Assembly (NCBI GenBank): GCA_037442105.1
Contig: JBBIQV010000002.1
Span: 1 to 64,000 of the forward strand
DNA: 64,000 nucleotides
Reading direction: 5' to 3'
From: Nitrospiraceae bacterium
GTDB taxonomy: Bacteria; Nitrospirota; Nitrospiria; Nitrospirales; Nitrospiraceae
Shown here one piece after another: positions 58,936-64,000 of this stretch. The notes beneath the pieces are model-generated. The model was not told the origin of the DNA and did not search any database. It was given only the letters and a program-made list of their open reading frames with translations. A program made the translations under genes and the position numbers. How positions within the stretch are numbered: position 1 is the first letter of the stretch; each line of letters begins with the position of its first letter.

Positions 58936-59919
58936 TTATGCCGCGCCCACCACACGGGTTCTCAGCGTACCGATGGGCTGAATCTCCAGCTCCACTTCAT
59001 CCCCTGGCTTCAAGTAGCGATCCATTTCGAGCCCGCATCCCCCCCCGACGGTTCCTGAGCCGAACATATCCCCTGGGTAGACCATCTCTCCCCTCGACAC
59101 GTGGGCGATCATCTGCGGGAACGACCAATGGATAGTTCCGAAACGGCCCTGTGACCATACCTCTCCGTTGACTCTGGCAATCATCGTAAGGGAGTTCAGG
59201 TCAGGAATTTCATCGGGGGTGACGAGACAGGGGCCGATGGCCGTCGCGAAATCTTTTCCCTTAGCCGGGCCTAAGCGGCAGGCCATTTCCTGAAATTGGA
59301 TGTCTCGAGCGCTAAAGTCGTTCATGACCGTGTATCCGGCGATATAGCTCGGTGCGTCTCGCTCCGAAATATCCTGGCCCTGGCGTCCAATGACGCAGGC
59401 GAGCTCTAATTCATAGTCGAGCTTCGTCGTGTTCAGAGGCCACCGTAAGTCTTCATCGGGGCCGAGGATCGTGCGATGGTTCCCTTTATAGTACACCGGC
59501 GCCTTGTACCACTCCGGCGGAATCGGTTGGCCTCGTCTCTTCGACGTGGCGGCGATGTGCTCTTCAAAGGCGATGAAGTCGCGCAGCGAAGGCGGATTGG
59601 GAAGCGGGGCGATGATCCGAACGCCGCCGACATCGTAAAAGACCGTCTCATCGGACGGGCCTTCGGTTGCAGGACCTAACGAGACGACGTAATCGAAGGA
59701 TCGGCGCGCGGCCGCCATGCTGGAAGGTCCGCCTTCCAGGAATTCGAGCATCGTGGAAGGGACCTGTGCATCGGCCAAGCGGTAGGGTTGTGCTTCCTTT
59801 TGATCGGCCAGGAAACGCGCACAGGCCATATTCAGGTCTACGAGGTGCCGGCCGCGAAGCTCGCCGATCCTCGTAAAGGTGCCCACGGGAGTCTTGACGC
59901 GAAAACTATACAGCTTCAT
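58936..59919 (-). CDS. Fumarylacetoacetate hydrolase-family protein
   Basis: RDFIAFEEH, LDYELE, NDFSARDIQ, KGKDF and GSGT. Confidence 0.92.
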   Translation of the reverse strand: MKLYSFRVKTPVGTFTRIGELRGRHLVDLNMACARFLADQKEAQPYRLADAQVPSTMLEFLEGGPSSMAAARRSFDYVVSLGPATEGPSDETVFYDVGGVRIIAPLPNPPSLRDFIAFEEHIAATSKRRGQPIPPEWYKAPVYYKGNHRTILGPDEDLRWPLNTTKLDYELELACVIGRQGQDISERDAPSYIAGYTVMNDFSARDIQFQEMACRLGPAKGKDFATAIGPCLVTPDEIPDLNSLTMIARVNGEVWSQGRFGTIHWSFPQMIAHVSRGEMVYPGDMFGSGTVGGGCGLEMDRYLKPGDEVELEIQPIGTLRTRVVGAA

Positions 59920-61025
59920 GCGCCGCTCCAACTCAGGGCGTAATCCTTCATTTCAACCGATTCAAGTTCCGGCATCACGGTAAACGGTCTCCGTGACTCG
60001 ATCATAATTGCCACTTCGTCCGTGTGCGTCTTGTTCTTGCTGGCCTCGACGGCTTGAGGCTGAGGCCCATGATGAATGCCTTGCGGGTGCAGGGTCAGCA
60101 TCCCCGGCTGAATCCCAGCGCGACTGAAGAAGTTCCCCTGATGGTAAAAGAGGACCTCGTCATAATCCATATTTCGATGATAGAAAGGTACGCGGAGCGC
60201 TTGGAGGTCGCTCTCCAGGGGGCGCGGCGCGAAAGTAGAAATCAACACGCCTCCCGCCTGGAACGTGGCGTGGACGCTCGGAGGCAGGTGATACCTGGGA
60301 CTTGTGACCGGGCGGAAATCGCGCACGTTGAGCTTAGCAACCCACAGGTCTCCTTTCCAGCCGACCACGTCCATTGGATAAAACGGGTAGATGACGTGCG
60401 TATGCTCCCTGTGGCGCTTGATCCGAACCTCCCATGCTCGACCTTCAGAGCGGTCGTGAGAGGCGCTGTCTAATTCGGGTACCGTGAGGACACCTCTGTC
60501 GAAGAGGGCGTGCTGACCCAGCAGACCGCGATCCGGCAGTTCAACCGGCTCAGGTGTTTCGGCAACGAGGAAGAGCGAAGGGCCTGCGTCCACGACCATT
60601 CGATATGTGGTCCCTTTGGGGATCACGATGTAGTCGCCAGGTTCATACGGGAGCACTCCATAGTCGGTTTCGAACCGTCCCATGCCGCTGTGGACAAAGT
60701 GTATCTCGTCTCCGTCGGAATTTCGCACGAAGTAAGGCATCGTCTGGGATCGGCGAGAGATGAAGACGGATGCGTCCTGACTCCGTAAAATCTCGACCGG
60801 GTAGGCATCGAGACTTTGCTGATCAGTGGTGGAGAGGGTTCCGCAGGAGAATGCGCGGGGACGAAGCGGACCGTCGATGCGCACCCAGGCTGTTGGTGGA
60901 TGTTTCCGATACAGATGCGAGGATGGGCCGCTAAAACCGTGGCGCCCGTGCTCTTCTTCGCAGAGACCTTCCGGGATTCCTACATGAGCCTGATTAGGAA
61001 TGTTTCCTTTCTTGATGAGATACAT
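59916..61025 (-). CDS. hmgA: Homogentisate 1,2-dioxygenase-family protein
   Basis: RNSDGDE, HLPPSVH, PFYHRNMDYDE and HPQGIHHGP. Confidence 0.9.
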   Translation of the reverse strand: MYLIKKGNIPNQAHVGIPEGLCEEEHGRHGFSGPSSHLYRKHPPTAWVRIDGPLRPRAFSCGTLSTTDQQSLDAYPVEILRSQDASVFISRRSQTMPYFVRNSDGDEIHFVHSGMGRFETDYGVLPYEPGDYIVIPKGTTYRMVVDAGPSLFLVAETPEPVELPDRGLLGQHALFDRGVLTVPELDSASHDRSEGRAWEVRIKRHREHTHVIYPFYPMDVVGWKGDLWVAKLNVRDFRPVTSPRYHLPPSVHATFQAGGVLISTFAPRPLESDLQALRVPFYHRNMDYDEVLFYHQGNFFSRAGIQPGMLTLHPQGIHHGPQPQAVEASKNKTHTDEVAIMIESRRPFTVMPELESVEMKDYALSWSGA

Positions 61026-61091
61026 TACCGGTCTCCTCCATTCCAACGCCGCGTACGCCGCAGCCTGGCGGCCTGGACATGACAAGTGTGG

Positions 61092-61685
61092 TCACGACGC
61101 CCGCTTGAGTGGTCGTTTCTCCCTCTCGGGGGGAACCGGTATCGAATCGAAATCAATGATCGTTTGCTCCACACCGGCGATCTGGTCGCGTTCGATGTCC
61201 TTATACAGCGCCTCGACGGTCTCTCGAACGAAGGTCTTCGACTTCTCTCCGCCGTGTTCCCGCTGCGTCAGTTCGATAAAAAGGCCGCTTGCAGGAAACA
61301 GCGGATAAGTGAACCGCTGTTTCAGCGGTCCGAAGCCGTCGCGCCCCTCTTTGAGAGGACCGCTGAACTTGACACCATGAGCTTCCCATTCCCGACACAC
61401 GGCTTCGATATCGTCGACCTCCAGCGCCACATGCTGGACCCCCTGGCCGTACTTCTCGATAAACTCATTGATCTGAGATTTGACGGTCTTGTCGCGCCCC
61501 TGCATGAGTGCGATCTTAGCGTCGCCTCGTTGTACCACGACCGTATTCATGGATGACTTCTCACTTCCCACATCCCGTGCCGACCAAATCACCTCAAAAC
61601 CAAGAATCTTGGTGAACAGGAATTCCGCCGCATCGAGGTTCTCCACACAGAGGGTGATGTGATCAAAACCGGTCGCGTCGTTCAT
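61092..61685 (-). CDS. Single-domain HPPD-like VOC dioxygenase
   Basis: FDHI, SQINEFIEKYGQGVQHVAL, LKQRFT, FIELTQR and ALYKDIERDQ. Confidence 0.75.
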   Translation of the reverse strand: MNDATGFDHITLCVENLDAAEFLFTKILGFEVIWSARDVGSEKSSMNTVVVQRGDAKIALMQGRDKTVKSQINEFIEKYGQGVQHVALEVDDIEAVCREWEAHGVKFSGPLKEGRDGFGPLKQRFTYPLFPASGLFIELTQREHGGEKSKTFVRETVEALYKDIERDQIAGVEQTIIDFDSIPVPPEREKRPLKRAS

Positions 61686-61999
61686 GATGGGGCCTCCTCT
61701 CAGCGATGCTGAATCAGCCTGAGTTTTTCGCCGTGTGTTCGCCTCTGTTATTCCCCAGGCTTCAAACTATAACATAAATTGACAATCAAATAATAATATT
61801 TTGTTAGCATTTGACGTTGCGACAGGTCTTAGCGTGGAAGTTCATTTTTCGTATATGCTGCATGATCTTAATTATTCTATGAACATACCGACTATTCATT
61901 GGTTGCTAACTTAATATAAAAAGTATATCATTGGATGTATCAAGGGAGTTTTCTTGGCGCCTATTGGGCTCATCTGCCGCCGGTATCTGGAGGTGACCT
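61686..61999. promoter_or_regulatory. AT-rich divergent promoter region
   Basis: Markedly AT-rich intergenic stretch between divergent operons, with TTGACA/TTGACG hexamers. Confidence 0.55.
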
Positions 62000-62737
62000 A
62001 TGACGTTTTACCAGGAAATGAGAGACTTCGTGCTTCGCCACGGCGCCATCAATAATTCGTATCTCGCTCGTTTTAAAAAGGGAGACCTCACCGATGAGGA
62101 GTTGCAAGAATTCGCAGTCGAATTTTACAACTTCGCCAGGTTTTTCCCGAAAATCCTGGTCTCGCAGCTCGTGAATACTGAGGACGAAGAGGTTGCCGAT
62201 GAACTCACCAAGGTCCTCTACTCAGAACTGGGTGATGGACACACCAAAAATCGCCACGAACTCCTCTATCGAGATTTCCTCCGGTCCATCGGAATCGACG
62301 TTCACGATGCCTTGACGCGTCCCATGCTTCCCTCAACTCGGGCCTATATCGACGGGATGGAACAACTTTACAGCGACGGTAATCATGCCAAAGCGCTTGG
62401 TGCCTCATTCGGTCTGGAAAACATGGCCATCACCATGTGGGAACATCTGATCCCAGGGCTTACATGCCTCAAAACGACTCGCTATACCCGGATGGACACG
62501 ACCTATTTCACTTTTCATCGACAACTGGAATCCACTCATGAAGAGGCCATGGAGCACGCGGTGGCTGCGGTGCAGGGTACGACCAACACGGGCATGTCCG
62601 ATCAAGAAAAGGATGACTTTCGGGGCGGTGTCAAAGCCGTACTAGACTATCTCGAAGGCTTCTGGATGGGGCTGGAGAAAGCGAAAGGCAGCTCGTTTGC
62701 CCTGCCGGCCCATAGCATGTCGCACCCGATTTCTTGA
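62000..62737 (+). CDS. Heme-oxygenase-like diiron enzyme (PqqC/CADD/HDO superfamily)
   Basis: SELGDGHTKNRH, GLE and YFTFHRQLESTH ligand pattern; GGAGG RBS. Confidence 0.8.
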   Translation: MTFYQEMRDFVLRHGAINNSYLARFKKGDLTDEELQEFAVEFYNFARFFPKILVSQLVNTEDEEVADELTKVLYSELGDGHTKNRHELLYRDFLRSIGIDVHDALTRPMLPSTRAYIDGMEQLYSDGNHAKALGASFGLENMAITMWEHLIPGLTCLKTTRYTRMDTTYFTFHRQLESTHEEAMEHAVAAVQGTTNTGMSDQEKDDFRGGVKAVLDYLEGFWMGLEKAKGSSFALPAHSMSHPIS

Positions 62738-62790
62738 GTGAGGAAAAGGCCTGCGGCGGTGAGCAGGCTCACAAAGCAGCGGGTGCTTGT

Positions 62791-64000
62791 ATGCAGCGTC
62801 CTTGGCTCAGCCGATACGATCCGAATGTTCCACCGAGCTGCCACTATCCCGACTGGACAGTGGCAGATCTCCTACGCCATTCGGCCGAGCGATTTCCCGA
62901 TCGACCGGCACTCTATTTCTCCGGGACCACCCTATCCTTCAGACAACTTGACGACCTCAGTACGCGGTTCGCCCACTCGCTGTGTCGCCTCGGGGTTCGA
63001 TCGGGAGAGCGGGTGGCGCTCATGCTGCCCAACTTGCCTCAGACCGTCATCGCCTATTGGGGCGCGCTGAAAGCAGGCGCCATCGTCGTCCACACCAATC
63101 CGCTCTATGTCCCGCGCGAGATCGAAACCCAACTGGTCGATTCCCGCAGCGACACCCTGGTGGCGCTGGATCTGTTCTACCCTCGCCTTCAGGCAGTCCG
63201 GGAACATGTCTCGTTGCCCAAGCGCGTCATCGTGACGAGCGTCAGGGATTTTCTCCCGCCGTTGAAGCGGTTTCTCTATCCCTTTAGAGCCAGACTGACC
63301 AACCGGTGGATCCGAATTCCGAAGGACGCTTCGACCTTCTGGTTTCTGGATCTGTTGAATGCAGAAACAGGAACTGGGGATGGTGAGTCCGCCCGGCTTC
63401 CTCACCTGCACCCTGACGATCTCGCGCAGCTCCAGTACACCGGCGGCACCACCGGCACACCCAAGGGAGCGATGCTCACCCATCGGAACGTGGTCACTAA
63501 CGCCTTCCAGGGACGGTATTGGGTATCGGATTTTCAAGAGGGCCGCGAGGTATTTCTGGGCGTCATTCCTTTCTTCCACGCGTACGGGCTCAGCAGTTGT
63601 CAAAACCTAGCCATACTCACGGGGTCGTTGCTGGTTCTCCTGCCCAAGTTTCAGGTCGAAGCGGCGCTGCGGGCGATCGAAAAACACCGGGTTACGATCT
63701 TTCCCGCGGTCCCCATGATGCTGTCGATGCTCGCGACCTACCCCGAAGCGCACCGGTATGATTTCCAGTCGTTGCGTATTTGCATGAGCGGGGGCAGCGC
63801 GCTCCACGCCGAGATCCAAGATCGGTTTGAGCGGCTCACCGGCGTAAGAGTAGCCGAAGGCTACGGCCTCACCGAAGCCGGTCCGGTCACCCACTGCAAC
63901 CCGATTTACGGTGATCATCCCTCCGGTTCCATGGGAATTCCGTTCCCGAATACGGATGCCCGGATCGTGGATCTCGACACAGGAGTGCGTGAGATGCCTA
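62791..64000 (+). CDS. Long-chain fatty acid-CoA ligase (runs off the window; not in the ORF track)
   Basis: Manual translation MQRPWLSRYDPNVP..LQYTGGTTGTPKG..EGYGLTEAGP, open to the window end. Confidence 0.9.
   Translation, partial: MQRPWLSRYDPNVPPSCHYPDWTVADLLRHSAERFPDRPALYFSGTTLSFRQLDDLSTRFAHSLCRLGVRSGERVALMLPNLPQTVIAYWGALKAGAIVVHTNPLYVPREIETQLVDSRSDTLVALDLFYPRLQAVREHVSLPKRVIVTSVRDFLPPLKRFLYPFRARLTNRWIRIPKDASTFWFLDLLNAETGTGDGESARLPHLHPDDLAQLQYTGGTTGTPKGAMLTHRNVVTNAFQGRYWVSDFQEGREVFLGVIPFFHAYGLSSCQNLAILTGSLLVLLPKFQVEAALRAIEKHRVTIFPAVPMMLSMLATYPEAHRYDFQSLRICMSGGSALHAEIQDRFERLTGVRVAEGYGLTEAGPVTHCNPIYGDHPSGSMGIPFPNTDARIVDLDTGVREMP

Noticed and set aside
61779..61943. FNR/CRP boxes in the divergent promoter
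   Set aside because: TTGACAATCAA and TTGGATGTATCAA do not have the TTGAT-N4-ATCAA spacing
62738..63918. Several short ORFs suggesting a fragmented gene
   Set aside because: One open frame from ATG 62791 runs off the window, and the track omits it only because it has no stop

Overview
This is a GC-rich bacterial window, probably from a Nitrospirota (Nitrospira-like) genome; the taxon is inferred from gene content. It has two assembly gaps (11323-11422 and 26207-26216). The left part holds a lipid A/surface glycosylation cluster, tatA/tatB, two alginate-export-family porin paralogues, recQ, thrH and an arsR-acr3-arsC operon. The middle holds a lysine-catabolism-like triplet, a DUF2892-TolC-MFP-RND efflux operon and a cytochrome c peroxidase locus. 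The right part is a ~24 kb minus-strand catabolic gene run (single-domain HPPD-like, hmgA, FAH, branched-chain 2-oxoacid dehydrogenase, isobutyryl-CoA-mutase-type B12 enzyme, methylcitrate cycle), divergent from a heme-oxygenase-like diiron enzyme and an acyl-CoA ligase. The most striking non-genic signal is several families of 7-nt tandem repeats arranged as inverted arms. All three four-helix-bundle (23S-IVP/Avd-like) genes sit between such arms, each with a different heptamer. The same arms recur as empty hairpins at many gene junctions and as in-frame insertions inside proteins. Small toxin-antitoxin and Uma2 cassettes, a gene-start duplication flanking one of them, and a MITE-like element are also present. 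I saw no rRNA, tRNA or CRISPR array.
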